A stretch of DNA of 63,889 bases, the filler included, from Welwitschia mirabilis (lineage: Eukaryota), in assembly GCA_051453625.1 (NCBI GenBank). It is 7 parts of one record of this genome, joined end to end, with 100 filler letters (N's around TTAATTAATTAA, not from the genome) between each part and the next. Parts side by side here need not be neighbours in the genome. Positions count along the whole stretch, not along the records: positions 38,626 to 44,412 come from JBOZIK010000001.1; positions 44,513 to 62,176 come from JBOZIK010000001.1; 5 more parts are not named here. One strand, written 5' to 3'. A model generated the notes under the pieces. The model was given only the letters and a program-made list of their open reading frames with translations. It made no database searches and had not been told where the DNA came from. Shown in pieces: positions 41,101 to 54,189 of this stretch; within the stretch, counting starts at the first letter, position 1; the number at the start of each line of letters is the position of its first letter. A program made the position numbers and the translations under genes.

Positions 41101-44052
41101 TGGTAAGCAAGCTGTATGCTACTATCTTAACGAATGAGACAAAAAGGGCTTCAAAGTGAGAAACTAAAACATAAGAGGGTGGTGAATGTGGATGGCTACA
41201 TATACTCTCTGGTCTGTTGGCTATGAGGAATAACTAATCAGCAACAAATTCCAAAAGCACATGACACAATTTTATTATGGCTAATTGTAATGTGAGCGAT
41301 GGAAAATGTTCGTTTAAGTACAATGAACCAGATTTCAACTGAGTTGATACTCAGTATTGTTCGATCCATAGCAATAATCAGGGCAGGTTTTCAGAATTTA
41401 CAAAACTCTTGCTTAATTGCAAGTTACAATTAAAGAAAGGGGAAATAAAGAGAGTTGAGAATGTTGTTTTGAAACTTTGTTAGAAAAGTGGAGAAGCAAG
41501 CAAGCTCCAAGTTTTCACTCGACTTGACCACTAGCATTTCTTTACTCCAATGATATCTTGCACCTTTTTGAAACATACTTGAAATTATCAAGTAATGATT
41601 GCTTGGGTCATGGTGACATAAGCTCATTTATCATATGAGAATTGGTGAATTCAAAAGTCACTTAGTCCTTTATAGCTCTTAAATAAGCATAGAAAGTAAA
41701 GACTTAATGTACTTAAGATCCATCAAATAGAAGAGACTTAGGCCAATTAGCTAATGAACTCACTCAGTTAACAAAAAAAAACTTGATAATGTAGATTCAC
41801 TAAGCATTAAAAGTACAAAGCTATTCGTGATTTGAAATCAAAATGAACATCTATTTGTATTAAATGAAAAGAGATACATTACATTAAAAGAAGAAGAAGG
41901 AAGCTAAAAAAGACTNNNNNNNNNNNNNNNNNNNNNNNNNNNNNNNNNNNNNNNNNNNNNNNNNNNNNNNNNNNNNNNNNNNNNNNNNNNNNNNNNNNNN
42001 NNNNNNNNNNNNNNNNNNNNNNNNNNNNNNNNNNNNNNNNNNNNNNNNNNNNNNNNNNNNNNNNNNNNNNNNNNNTGAAGCCTTTGGCTTGTAGTGTTAG
42101 ATGAGTTTACAAATATGGCATGCAACATTAAGTAAGGTCTTTGTCATCTTGCATTATAATAAGCCCAACACTTGGCTTTTGGACATTGTTGTTTCTGTCA
42201 TCTAATGATGTTGTCATGTGTCTCCGTCGTCATCCTATTCAACACTACCACATGCTGCGATTGCATGTCATCATCATCACTACCATGTGTTATAAGAGAT
42301 GCTAGTTGTTTTTTATGTGAAATTTGATTAAGCCCATNNNNNNNNNNNNNNNNNNNNNATATGACAAGTCAGAAACGTGAGTTTTGAACTATTCTACTCT
42401 GAAGGACAAGCGACACTAGTGAGCTAGACAACAACACCGACTTTTTAAGCTGGATGATCATCATGTTTTAGCATATCCTTTAAAGCGAGATAAATGTTCT
42501 GAAAATGTCATAGGAAGATAAGCTCATTAGAATCTTAAAAAGTAGTAGAAGACATAATTTTATGATAAATCGATTATCTTAATGTCTTTTATTAAGCTAA
42601 ATTGGTCATATAACTTGATAAAAGTGTCAACTTTTATATGTTAACACATCCTCTAACTAAACTTTTGCTAGACTCTTAGCAAAAAGTTGATAAGAAAATG
42701 ATTAACATGGGAAAATTGTCTAAGGCAAAAGACTCAAGTGTGAAAAATGATATACCTTGGGAAAATTTATGACCCATTTTTTAAATTTAAGGCATCAAAA
42801 TTTAGAAATTCTATGAAAAACCAGATCCAATGACCCCAAACAAAACTGAACTTTTTCCTCAAAGTTTTATGATAGAAAGCAGTAAAACCATTTTGAGAAA
42901 ATTTCGACAAGTCCTTTTATTGAAAGAAAAAAGATGCAAAGCAATTCAACTAAGCTACTAAAAGGAAAAATTACCTAATGCGAGACGAAAAATTTATTTC
43001 TTCCTAAAAATTCTAAGTGAAAAGTTGATACATAAAAATAATTCATGCCTTAATAATGTTATTTCTCATGAAATGGGGGTGAAGTGCAATGGGTGATGGG
43101 GATGGGGAACGAAAATGTGGCAAAGGACTCAACCATGCAATTAATGAATAAAGAAGATAACCTACCTAAGTCAATGATCTTTATTATATTTTTGTATTCT
43201 TTTTAATAGGTCTTCATATCAAATGAGTGTAGTATTGACCAAATAACTTATAAGTATTTAAGAAATCACAACAAATCTTAAGAATGAAAATTAAAGACAA
43301 TAGAACTCAGAAGGTTCTTCAATTTCCACCATTTTCTTTCCTTTAGTTTCCTTTTCTACCAACGTATATGTCCTTAGTTTTAAGCCTTTGAATGACATTA
43401 AGCATCCAGTGTTACGACATTTTCTTCAAATAGAGTTAAGCATGTTGTGTTGTGAAGAATTAGTCTTACATTACAAGTGAGCATTAATAGCCCCGATGTA
43501 GTTGATTATGTTGTAATTGAATTGTTAGAGCTACACTGCCATCTATTGTCCGTAGCCTTGATACGGTTAACTAAATCCAACTAAGTGGTTAATAAGATAT
43601 GTGTTTGTAGAAGAGATTATTTTTCTTTTTGTTCTTCTTTTCATATTCATTTTTATGCACATAAAAGAAGTTATTGACTCATTATCCTAATCAAGAAAAA
43701 TCTCGTCTCCATCAAAAGCTTTAGAGATAGGAAACATAATATGGATGTAAATGCCATCTTTTTCAGCCAGGTTTTTCCAAAGTTGAAGACCTTAAGTGAA
43801 TGTGACTTTTAACAATTAGACTCAAAATAGGTGTAACTTTTTCTTTAAAACTTATAAGTATACTTAATCGTAACCATTACTTAAGTGATAATGAAATTGC
43901 TTTTTATCGATTTTTGTTAAAGGCTATTAAGCTGGGTCTGTAAGTTTCATAAATTCATACATGAATGACCGAGGTGTGAGAGCTCCATTTTAACTTTGTA
44001 GCATGCCATTGTCGGTCACAATTTTAGTTAACAAATTGTGCTTGTAATAATT

Positions 44053-44405
44053 AGTTTTGATCTGATTTGAATGCCATATTTTTTTCCTTCTATTGTGCTC
44101 ATCCTCATTCCATTTTGTATGTCCTGATAAGGCAGGTTGAAAATCAGTTTTGATCTGATTTGAATGCCATATTTTTTTCCTTCTTTTATGCTTATCCTTA
44201 TTCCATTTGTATGCCCTGATGAGACAAGTTGAAAATCAATTTTGATTTGATTTGAATACCATAATTTTTCTCCTTCTTTTGTGCTTATCCGTAGTCCATT
44301 TTGTATGCCCTAATAAGGTAGGTTGAAAATTAGTTTTGATCTTATTTGAATGCCATATTTTTCTCCCTTTTTTTTGCTGGTCCTCATCTCATTTGTATGC
44401 CCAAA
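44053..44405. repeat. Minisatellite, ~93-bp unit x ~3.8
   Basis: Units start at 44053, 44146, 44238 and 44332 (AGTTTTGATCTGATTTGAATGCCATA...GTATGCCCTGATAAGGCAGGTTGAAAATC). Confidence 0.95.
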
Positions 44406-44512
44406 TGTTATCNNNNNNNNNNNNNNNNNNNNNNNNNNNNNNNNNNNNNNNNNNNNTTAATTAATTAANNNNNNNNNNNNNNNNNNNNNNNNNNNNNNNN
44501 NNNNNNNNNNNN

Positions 44513-46387
44513 GGAATTTCATCTTTAGGCAAAATTGTTGCTTCATATGCCATCAAGGATCCTTTGAGCTCTTCTGCCTTCATTCTGTCAATGTCTTTGC
44601 TCTCTTCTATCGTTGTTACCTTGGGTCTGATCTTCAGAGAAAGACTCCTCAGAATTTTTCTTACTACACGATTTTCAGGAGCTCTCTCACTCGATTCCCA
44701 CATGTTGTTTACAATGTTGCTGATTTTGGTTGTGCATTTAGCCACGGACGCTGTTTCTTCTCTTCTGATNNNNNNNNNNNNNNNNNNNNNNNNNNNNNNN
44801 NNNNNNNNNNNNNNNNNNNNNNNNNNNNNNNNNNNNNNNNNNNNNNNNNNNNNNNNNNNNNNNNNNNNNNNNNNNNNNNNNNNNNNNNNNNNNNNNNNNN
44901 NNNNNNNNNNNNNNNNNNNNNNNNNNNNNNNNNNNNNNNNNNNNNNNNNNNNNNNNNNNNNNNNNNNNNNNNNNNNNNNNNNNNNNNNNNNNNNNNNNNN
45001 NNNNNNNNNNNNNNNNNNNNNNNNNNNNNNNNNNNNNNNNNNNNNNNNNNNNNNNNNNNNNNNNNNNNNNNNNNNNNNNNNNNNNNNNNNNNNNNNNNNN
45101 NNNNNNNNNNNNNNNNNNNNNNNNNNNNNNNNNNNNNNNNNNNNNNNNNNNNNNNNNNNNNNNNNNNNNNNNNNNNNNNNNNNNNNNNNNNNNNNNNNNN
45201 NNNNNNNNNNNNNNNNNNNNNNNNNNNNNNNNNNNNNNNNNNNNNNNNNNNNNNNNNNNNNNNNNNNNNNNNNNNNNNNNNNNNNNNNNNNNNNNNNNNN
45301 NNNNNNNNNNNNNNNNNNNNNNNNNNNNNNNNNNNNNNNNNNNNNNNNNNNNNNNNNNNNNNNNNNNNNNNNNNNNNNNNNNNNNNNNNNNNNNNNNNNN
45401 NNNNNNNNNNNNNNNNNNNNNNNNNNNNNNNNNNNNNNNNNNNNNNNNNNNNNNNNNNNNNNNNNNNNNNNNNNNNNNNNNNNNNNNNNNNNNNNNNNNN
45501 NNNNNNNNNNNNNNNNNNNNNNNNNNNNNNNNNNNNNNNNNNNNNNNNNNNNNNNNNNNNNNNNNNNNNNNNNNNNNNNNNNNNNNNNNNNNNNNNNNNN
45601 NNNNNNNNNNNNNNNNNNNNNNNNNNNNNNNNNNNNNNNNNNNNNNNNNNNNNNTAGATCACGTAGTGAGGGACATTCAGAAGAATTACAGAGATGATTT
45701 TCAACTATGTAGGAATAGTAACCATTCCGAGTGATTTTGAATGACTTATATAGACTTGATACGAAAAATAGTTGTTGGATCCTTTAGATGGGATCCCTAA
45801 CCGTTAGACTGCTATCATTGATGTTTGAACCGCATCCCAAAGAAGTTTTAACCACTACCCAAGATGTTTGCTCTTGAAAACCGCGTCGTTCTAACGACTG
45901 CAACGTTCATATTTCTTCATGTCGGACGTCCCACTTTTTTGGATCGGATGTCCCAGTTGTAAAGCTTGATTTCTGGGTTCAACTGGGCTATATCCGGACG
46001 TCCCAGTTTCAAGTTCGGACGTCCCCATATATTTTATCTATGTTGAAGGCCAAACGTCCTGGTTAGCAGGGTCAGACGTCCCAGTATATTCTAGCCGCAG
46101 TCAAGTCCGGACGTCCCAGGTAACAGGTCGGACGTCCCTATATAGTGTGACCGTATTCAGATCCGGATGTCCCGAGTAGCAGGCCAGACGTCCCCATATG
46201 TTTCGACCGCTTTTAACTTCGGACGTCCCAAGTAACAGTTCGGATGTCCCCATATATTCAGCCGTGTACAGGGGCGAACGTCCCGGAATAAAGCTCAGAC
46301 GTTCCTGAAGGCACAACTTTTGATTTGCACATGGTGAAGTACACTATTAGCTCGTTCTTGATCATCATTGAAATCTAATGTCTCTAC
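44513..46387 (-). mobile_element. Partial Sirevirus-type copia: 5' LTR (part, 45655-46387) and gag fragment (44513-44769)
   Basis: gag VVRKILRSLSLKIRPKVTTIEESKDIDRMKAEELKGSLMAYE. The LTR starts TGTAGAGACATTAGATTTCAATGATGATC (minus) and carries many CGGACGTCC motifs. Confidence 0.85.
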
Positions 46388-46689
46388 AAAAGTATCACTT
46401 CATTTGGGATGCGGTGGAGAAGGCCCATCTTGTTAAAGTTAGAATAGAAGATAAGCTTGCTGATTCCCTCACAAAGGTAGTAAATGGTTGCAAGCATTAC
46501 ACGTGCATGGAAAGTGTTGGACTTCAGGATTGGTAATTTGGAGGGCTTTGGAAAGAATTGCATCTCTTGAGTTGCATAAGTAACTGATTTTGAAGGCATG
46601 GAAATTTGTCTTCAAGTGAAAGAGTGTTGATATGTGAAGCAAAATTGGTTACTTTATGTTATAATGCTATGTTTTAACATTGACCCCTT

Positions 46690-46970
46690 TTTAATGTTGT
46701 GAAAGGGAGCTAGGATGTTAACTCCCTTGGGGTAACTTATTAAAATAAAAAGGGAGAAAGGATAACAAATAAGGTTGGCTTGAAAATCTAACCCTATGCT
46801 TATGTAAACCTGCTTGAGGGTTGTTTGTTATAGCCTTGACATTTTTGCTCCTAGATTATTAACAGAGCTCTGCATTGCTTCTCATGGACGTAGGGTAAAA
46901 GGGCCCAAACCATGTAAATCTTTGTGTATTGTTTCTTTCTTTTACTTGATTTTTATTTTGTTTTAGTACA
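46690..46970 (+). mobile_element. Copia-type LTR fragment
   Basis: GGACGTAGGG..GGCCCAAACCATGTAAATCTTTGTGT resembles the GTAGGC..CCGAACCAC.TAAA motif seen in other copia LTRs here (55930-55965, 56468-56500). Confidence 0.45.
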
Positions 46971-48886
46971 GGCTTTTGATAAATCTGCAATAGTGGCATT
47001 CCTAATTACAGATTTATCCTTGTAAAAGCAATTGTATTACCTCTATCATAAATTTGTGATAATACTTAGAAGATTATGTTTAAGATAATCAAGTAAATAA
47101 ACATCATGTATTACTCGATGGTGCTCATTAACAACTATGGATCCCTTATGAACAATGTGACCTTTATTATTATCTCCCAATGTTACTTCTCCACCATCAT
47201 ATTCTTGAAAGGCGGTGAACAGGCTCTTGTCACCTATCATGTGGCATGAACATCCACTATCAAAATATCATATGGTGCTTTCTTGAACTTTAAAGGCTGC
47301 ATGGGCAAATAGAGACTTCAAGAAGTCCTTCGTAACCCATTGCCAGTTGCTCCTTCTTGTATGATGCTTCTTTTGATCAATTGGACCTTTGTTTTTGAAG
47401 CTGAAATTATGGTTATACCAAAAATATATAGATTTCTTATATGGACATGAGCATTGTATGTGTCCATACTCTTGACAATAAAAACATTTAATGCTAGCTT
47501 TACCAAAAGACTGATATCCAATGCTTGGACCAAACATTTGAAAGGTAGATGACATACTAGAGGAGCCTCCGATACCCGATTTATCATAAGGAATTTTACT
47601 TATTCCCAATAGTTTATTATCTTTTCCATTAGCAAGTCACTTAGTTGTTCTCTTAGCGTTCTCTAGCTTCTTCGAAACAGACTCAATTTTATCATTAGAA
47701 TCTCTTAATTTAGATCGATGGTTAACTATTTGCTTCTTTAATGGCACATTTTTCTTCCAAGGATCAATGATAACTTCGTATAACTTCTCATAAGCTTTAG
47801 GGATTCCAGTAGCCTCATCTTCAATAGAAACTGAACCAAAGTCTAATGGATCACATACCTCATCCAAAATGGATATCAATCCAAAGCTAAAGAGACTTCC
47901 CGCTATCACTCCTTTGAAATAATTTGTCATCTTCAAATACAATATGCCCAAAACCTTCACATTTATAGCATTGTATTAGATTGGAGGAATTCTTCCTTTG
48001 CTATTACTTTGTTTGGAGTGGTGTCTTGGCATTCTTGGTCCCTTTTTTGGAAGAAATCTGTTAACGTTCTTGGCCAAAAGAGCCAGATCATCATCTTCAA
48101 GATCCTTGCTTGATGGGTTGTACTTCTCTCCTTTAGGCCATGCTTTTAGAGCAAAGCTTTTCTTCTTGGGTGCTTCTTCTTTAGGTTGAAGGGTAACTTC
48201 ATGAGCCATGAGGAAGCCCTTCAACTCTTCTTCCTTAATTCTGTCAATGCCTTTACTTTCTTTGATAGCAGTGATCTTGGGTCAGAATTTCTTGGTAAGG
48301 CTTTGTAGTATCTCCCTGACCACTTTGTCTTTAGGAACTACCTCTCCAAGTCCCCACATTCCATTGACTATGTCATTGATGTTGCTTGTGTATTTTGCAA
48401 TGGACTTTGATTCCTCCATCTTTGATATTTTGAAATTTTGTTGAAAGCATATGAAACTTTGCATTTTTCACCATGTTTGTTCCTTTCGTGAGCTACCTTC
48501 GAGGTTTCTGGTATTTCTTAGGATGTTGTGGATTGAATCACTCAATTATATTCCTTTGAAGATGGAGCATAGATGAGAGCGTTCATTGCCTTGGGACTTA
48601 AGTATGCATCCTTGTTTACATTTGCATTCCATTTACTTCGTGGTTTAACAACAAGATTTCCATTGGAATGTCTCAGGTTTTAGGTGGTGCATAACTATTT
48701 ACCACCGTGTCCCATATGTTGCAATTAATAGATTGCAAGAATGTGGCCATTTTCATTTTGTAGTATGCATAGTCAATTGTATACAACAATGGGGGCCTTG
48801 TGATCGATTGACCTTCAGAATAGCTTAGAGACACCATCTAGGGTAAGCCTAAAATAAAAACAAAATGTACAATCTAGAGCAACCAG

Positions 48887-48898
48887 GCTCTGGTACCA
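48887..48898 (-). other. Primer-binding site (tRNA-iMet type)
   Basis: TGGTACCAGAGC, 2 nt from the LTR end. Confidence 0.88.
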
Positions 48899-49642
48899 AT
48901 TGTTAGGATCATAAAATACCCTAGAGAAAGGCGGGTTGGGGGGGGGGTGTTGAAATATGGTTTTCCAAAAACAAGAAGATAACCCAAAGAAATTAATAAA
49001 AGAAATAAGAAATAGAAAGACAATATGGTTAAGGAATCCAATGTAATCCACTCTCGGGCGCAACAATAACTTTTCGTCTCTTGGTTCCTTTAGCACTAAG
49101 TCAACACTTACAACCCTTTCTTACCAAGGGTTCCCTTGACCGCAAGCAAAACACAATGCTCAAACCTTTGAGTGGGTTTTCAGTCAACAATGGCCTAATG
49201 AAAGGTGTACCTCTTGTTTGCCTAGTACATCAACATGTGGTACAATGAAGTTCTGAAGAAAAAATACAGTAGTTAGGAGCAGAGAAATAGTGGAAAAGAA
49301 GAGAGTCTTAGTACAACGAGGTTTTTCTAGGATAGTTCTACACACCAATTGAAATCTAAACTTTTCATATGGGAGCATGGAGATCGCTATTGAAGAACTA
49401 AGGTGGGAGGCAATCAATCTTGCTCTCCTTGTCAACAATGCATGCTTACTAACTGTTAGATCTGAGTGCATGGTAATTTGACACTAGTTAAACAAAATTT
49501 AAATTTGCTTTTTTGTCCAACGTTTGCCTTCCTTCAACGCCATGGACCTCCCACTAGAATTCCCGAGATGTTTTAGTGCATTCATCGTTCTTCGGTTTGA
49601 AAATCTAGACATCTCACTTAGTATTTTGGTTGTCCAATGGTC

Positions 49643-50020
49643 CATGCAATCAATTTGTATGGCTGTAAAATTTAGACATCCTACAGAAAATCCTGGATAT
49701 CCCACTGTGTGAACTGTGATGGTTAGGCCTCTTGCAATCAGCATTAGTTGGTAATTAGATCTTGAACGTTAAGGGAAGTTTTCTTCAGGAATTATGATCT
49801 TGAACTTGAAGACGTGATCCATCGCTTCTCACTTAATATTCATGCAATCAGTTTGTATGGCTGTAAAATCTAGATGTCCAACAAAAAATCCCGCATGTCT
49901 CACTGTCTGAACTGTGATGGTTAGACCTCTTGGAATCAACATTAGTTGGCAATCAGATCATGCATGTTAAGGGGAGTTTTCTTTAGGAATCATGATCTTG
50001 AACCTCAAGACATGATCCTT
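49643..50020. repeat. 198-bp-period tandem duplication inside the LTR
   Basis: CATGCAATCA.TTTGTATGGCTGTAAAAT at 49643 and 49841. Colinear through ATGATCTTGAAC...AAGAC.TGATCC. Confidence 0.9.
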
Positions 50021-50069
50021 CACTTGAACTTGTTCATCATTGAAACTAGTCATCCAATTGCTCTAACAA

Positions 50070-53000
50070 CTTTTAGCTACTTTACTACTTTTGCCAAGCT
50101 CTTCCTCCAAGATAAGTACTTTGGACTTATCCTCCCTTTTGACTGATAGGAAGGCTCTCCAGCTAATCGTCTCAATTGCTTAGCTTATTGTTTACAAATG
50201 TTGCTTCCCTTTCCGCCTCCTCCACTCCTCTTCTCATCGCTTCTACCCTTGCCTAATACTCTTTTGCTTCCTAATTCCTCTTCTCCCGATACTTCTTTCT
50301 CAGGTAGTAGAGGCTAGCAGATGCATACTTAGCGAGTTTAGAAATGACTCCCTCCCCATGGAGAAAGGGGAGCTCTCCCTTCCTGTAAGAAGATCTAGCA
50401 AAGAGACTTAATGAAGATAGAAAAATTGTATGACAAAGACTAAAAGGAATGGAGTACTTACATGGAGAAGGCATACCCCTCTAATCTTGCTACTCATCTT
50501 CCAGAAAGACGGTTTTTCCTTTTCTACTTGGAAGCACAAAATTAGGCTGAGCTTTACTTATTAGAGCTAGAGATAGCTATAAAGTGTTAGGCATTTTTGC
50601 CATGAAGGGAGCTGAGGCCTTCCTTACCTACAGAAGAGAAGTGAGTATTCATGAAGTAATCTAAAAAGAANNNNNNNNNNGACAAGCATTGGAAGTAAGT
50701 TGTTACTAGAGAAATCCTTAAGGAGTTCCAAGTCCTACTCATCCAACGTGGTATCCTTCTCTTTCCCGTTTCCCTTCGAAGTGGAAGCCTTGATAGAAGC
50801 CACTTCATTCCATTTAGAAAGGAAGGCCTCGACATAATCATCGATTTTCTCTTTTAAAAGGCTCCATTGCTCTCTCTGGTCCACGTTCTTGATATGTATT
50901 CTCTTCGTTTAGGCTCCCTTGGTGTACAATCCGAGCCTAACAAAGAAGAAGCATCACGTGTAGCCTCTCTATCCTTCAGAATGCTTGAACATAAAATGAA
51001 GCTAAACATCAAATCTTCTTATTCTTTTGACAATGTATAAGTATGGCAACTACCTTGTCCTGCATAAACTCTGCCAGGGCAAATCAAGTTGTCCCGCATA
51101 AACTCTGCCTAGGCAAATTGAGTCCCATGAGCGGCCACCTTACACAGTGCTTCAAAGGTAAGCTAGGGAACATGCATTCTCTTGTCCAAGAGGAGGAGCC
51201 TTGAACATGCGAAAAGGCATATTGGATGAATGGGCTCCTGAAGAAGGTATAGCAAGATCCCCTTTTTACTTTTTAGGGCCTCAACAAGCACCTCCAGTGA
51301 TCTTCCTTCTTCTAGAAGAGATGTTAGGTTCTTGCTAGCTGTCAGATGAAGAGGACGGTTGTTGGCATGCTCCCTAGATAGTAGATCGAGCATTTGTCTG
51401 ATATCATTTGCATAGATAGCAATTCAGAAGTGAATCGAACAAGGTCCCTTCGGGTTATAAATAGAAGCAAACTAGCTCTTCTTAAGGGTGGGATCCAAGT
51501 TAAATATGATGTTTTCAATTCGGTGAGGGAAAGTCTTGAAAGCACGAAAATAAATCAACTCATACAACTCTGACTATTTCAAGTTAAGCTCTAATATGGC
51601 ATCATCTCTGATCAAAGCAAGAAGGAAGTGGTAATCAATAGTACCATATTTCTATGTCCCTTTTTGCCTAAATGACAACTTGTGGACCAATAATAAATGT
51701 GAACAATGGAGGACATTATTCTAATATGTGCTAAAGAACAACAAGACTATTAAAAGAGGGCTCTACTTTAACCTAAGAAGCTATAAAGCGAGAAAGAAAG
51801 GAAAGCTAGAGGCAGGTGTAGAGGAAGAGAATAAGTCACTTACTAGTGGCTATAGGAGGAGTAGCTCTAGTAACCCCTTTTTTAATTTTTGAAGAAGATG
51901 CTCCTTTGGTGGAAAGGTGAACTTGAAGACTTACCATCGTTGGTCCCTATGAAGACACATGCCCCAGTTGATTTAGAACTCTAGCTTTAAATGATAAGTG
52001 GAACGAAGACAAAGAAATATGGACCCCCTTATATAGATCAAGATTTAGGATATGGACCAACTTTAGTGTACCTTTTCTTGAGTATTGTGCAAAACATGAT
52101 GAGGATTGACATTGACTGATAAGAACCAACATCGATGTGATGTACTTGCATAAGATTCCTTCCATAAAAGTTACTTTCACAAGCATATCAATCAAATTAA
52201 CTAGGGAAGGTGTACCTACGTCTCATCCATCCCTTTCATTTCAAAAGTTGCGTCATCTAATTAACCTCAGTTGAACTAACTGAACCACCTTTTGATACCC
52301 ACCATCTAATCCTGAATCTTTCATGAACACCTAAATACCTCCTTTTTCCATCCTCTCACGTGGATGTTTGGTGTTGGGCAAGTGTTGGATCCCAACCTGA
52401 CCCTCGGAAGCTAGGGGACCCCTCCTTTTTCCTTCTAGTCTAACCTTCGTTGTCAACTTTCATCTCCTATGTCATTCCCCTCTTTTCTTCTCCACCTATT
52501 TTGCCCCCATCTCCTTTTCCTTTCCCTCTCTCTTTTCCTCCTCTTTCCTCCCCTTTCTTCCCATTCTCTACCCTCAATCCTCACACATTCCATGCCCTAG
52601 GTGCAAAAACCCATCTCTTCCACGCCCAAGGCATGGAATTCAGACCCCTTTCCTACCTTGGGCATGCAAAAGACCTTGGCTTCCCTCTCTCTTCTCTAAT
52701 GACAGGCTTCTGCTCTAGCATCGTTTTAAGGAGATCAATTTCTCTAAAGACCTACTTTTAGTTAGTCTTCGACCCTTTGACTCCATAGCATAATTTGGCT
52801 ATATCTTACGATGGTTTTGAGTGTGCTTTTAGGTACTTTTGATGGGTTTAATAATCAAATTGTCCCTTTTTGATGTCAAGGACAAATGAGAAAGAATCAA
52901 GCATAATTTGGAGAAAAAATGAGAAATTTTGGAGGATTTCGGGAGGTTGTCCACATGGTCATTCGAATGAGGGAAGGAGACGACGACCTATCACTGGATT

Positions 53001-53600
53001 CCAGTCCTTACTAGAGTCTACCTACCACCAGATTCCATCTACAATTAGATTTCATCTACCATTAGATTCCCCTACTCCCAAATTTCAAGAAGCCCAAATA
53101 GTAGTCAGACAGGAGACGATGACCTACCATAAGATTTCATCTCCTACTAGGTTTCATCCATTATTAGATTCCAAGAAGCTCAAGTAGCTTTGTTTATTAC
53201 TTAAATTGTAATGTAACCATTTTTGATTGGTTAGCAATTGCAATTGCCCATCCAAACCTATATAAACCTCTTTAGGCATCCCATTTCCTCATCCTTCTTT
53301 GCATCGAAGTAGCTTGTCACATTGGAAAGTTTTGGGCAAGGGATCCATCTCCTTGTGGAAGAAGTTCTCCTTAATGTTGGGCTGTGTTTGTTCCCTTGAG
53401 GGACTGACGTTTATAAGTGGANNNNNNNNNNNNNNNNNNNNNNNNNNNNNNNNNNNNNNNNNNNNNNNNNNNNNNNNNNNNNNNNNNNNNNNNNNNNNNN
53501 NNNNNNNNNNNNNNNNNNNNNAAGTATTTATCATTTTACATATTTTCGTTAGTCACTTGATATTTGTGTTTCTTGTCATCTAAAAATCAAGAATGCATGA
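50070..53600. mobile_element. Probable Tat/Ogre-like gypsy 3' region: decayed minus-strand ORF (~50100-52650) and LTR-like segment (~52760-53600)
   Basis: A chain of short minus-strand ORF fragments, a pyrimidine-rich tract at 52430-52570, and an LTR-like region with internal repeats and TATATAAACC (~53259). No diagnostic pol motif was seen. Confidence 0.4.
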
Positions 53601-54189
53601 GAGTGATAAATATAGTTTAATGTTCAGAATGATTCATAAAAAGAGAGTCAGCAAACAGGTAGAATTTTAACTGTTAGTGGTAATTAACAATCAAGACTAT
53701 CATATTTAGGGAAAATATGTAGTCTTTTAATTTTCCTGAATAGTTACAGATGAGGATGATGCCCTATTTGTTTGACTAAATTCATAATTGTCTGGTCTTA
53801 CAAGTACAGAAAGAACCGATTGTGGGACTGAAATACATACTAGTCACTACTTTTATGAATGTCTACAGTGGGCCTAAGTTGTATTCCAACTTTATATTGT
53901 ACAAATTCTTGTCTCCTTATGGGTTGTCAAATTGAGAAGAATAAAAGAAGCAAAACAAACACTGATGGATATGGCATATATCCTGACTGTTACATGATTG
54001 TTGTTACCAACAGTACAAACATTCCACAACTAGAAATTCAATCTCAAAGACTCAAACTTTAATTTAATATAATTTGAATCTTGGAAGTGCAACATTTGTG
54101 TCTCTGGATTCAGAAGCCCAGAACCTAAATTTAAAGAAAAAAAAGAAGCATTTGAGAGAACCCTCAATGTTTCTCTCCAAAGAGGCAAA

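Larger units (their letters stand above)
46970..50068 (-). mobile_element. 3'-truncated Sirevirus-type copia: 5' LTR, PBS, gag, protease
   Basis: LTR 48901-50068 with TGTTAG...CTAACA termini. PBS TGGTACCAGAGC at 48887-48898. gag (VVREILQSL; LKGFLMAHE), two CCHC-type knuckles (CYKCEGFGH ~47945-47970; CFYCQEYGHIQCSC ~47447-47488), protease YFDSGCSCHMIGDKSLF and LKHNLLSI. Confidence 0.9.

Noticed and set aside
41430..42700. Possible copia RNase H and LTR remnant
   Set aside because: Only faint resemblance, with no motif clear enough to call.
2376..45704. Long ORFs in the track (e.g. 2376-3185, 3636-4466, 12385-13380, 44564-45697)
   Set aside because: They are mostly X residues. They are open only because they cross N gaps.
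44053..46310. CRISPR-like appearance of the 93-bp array and the GGACGTCC array
   Set aside because: No constant repeat with unique spacers, no cas genes, and a eukaryotic TE context.
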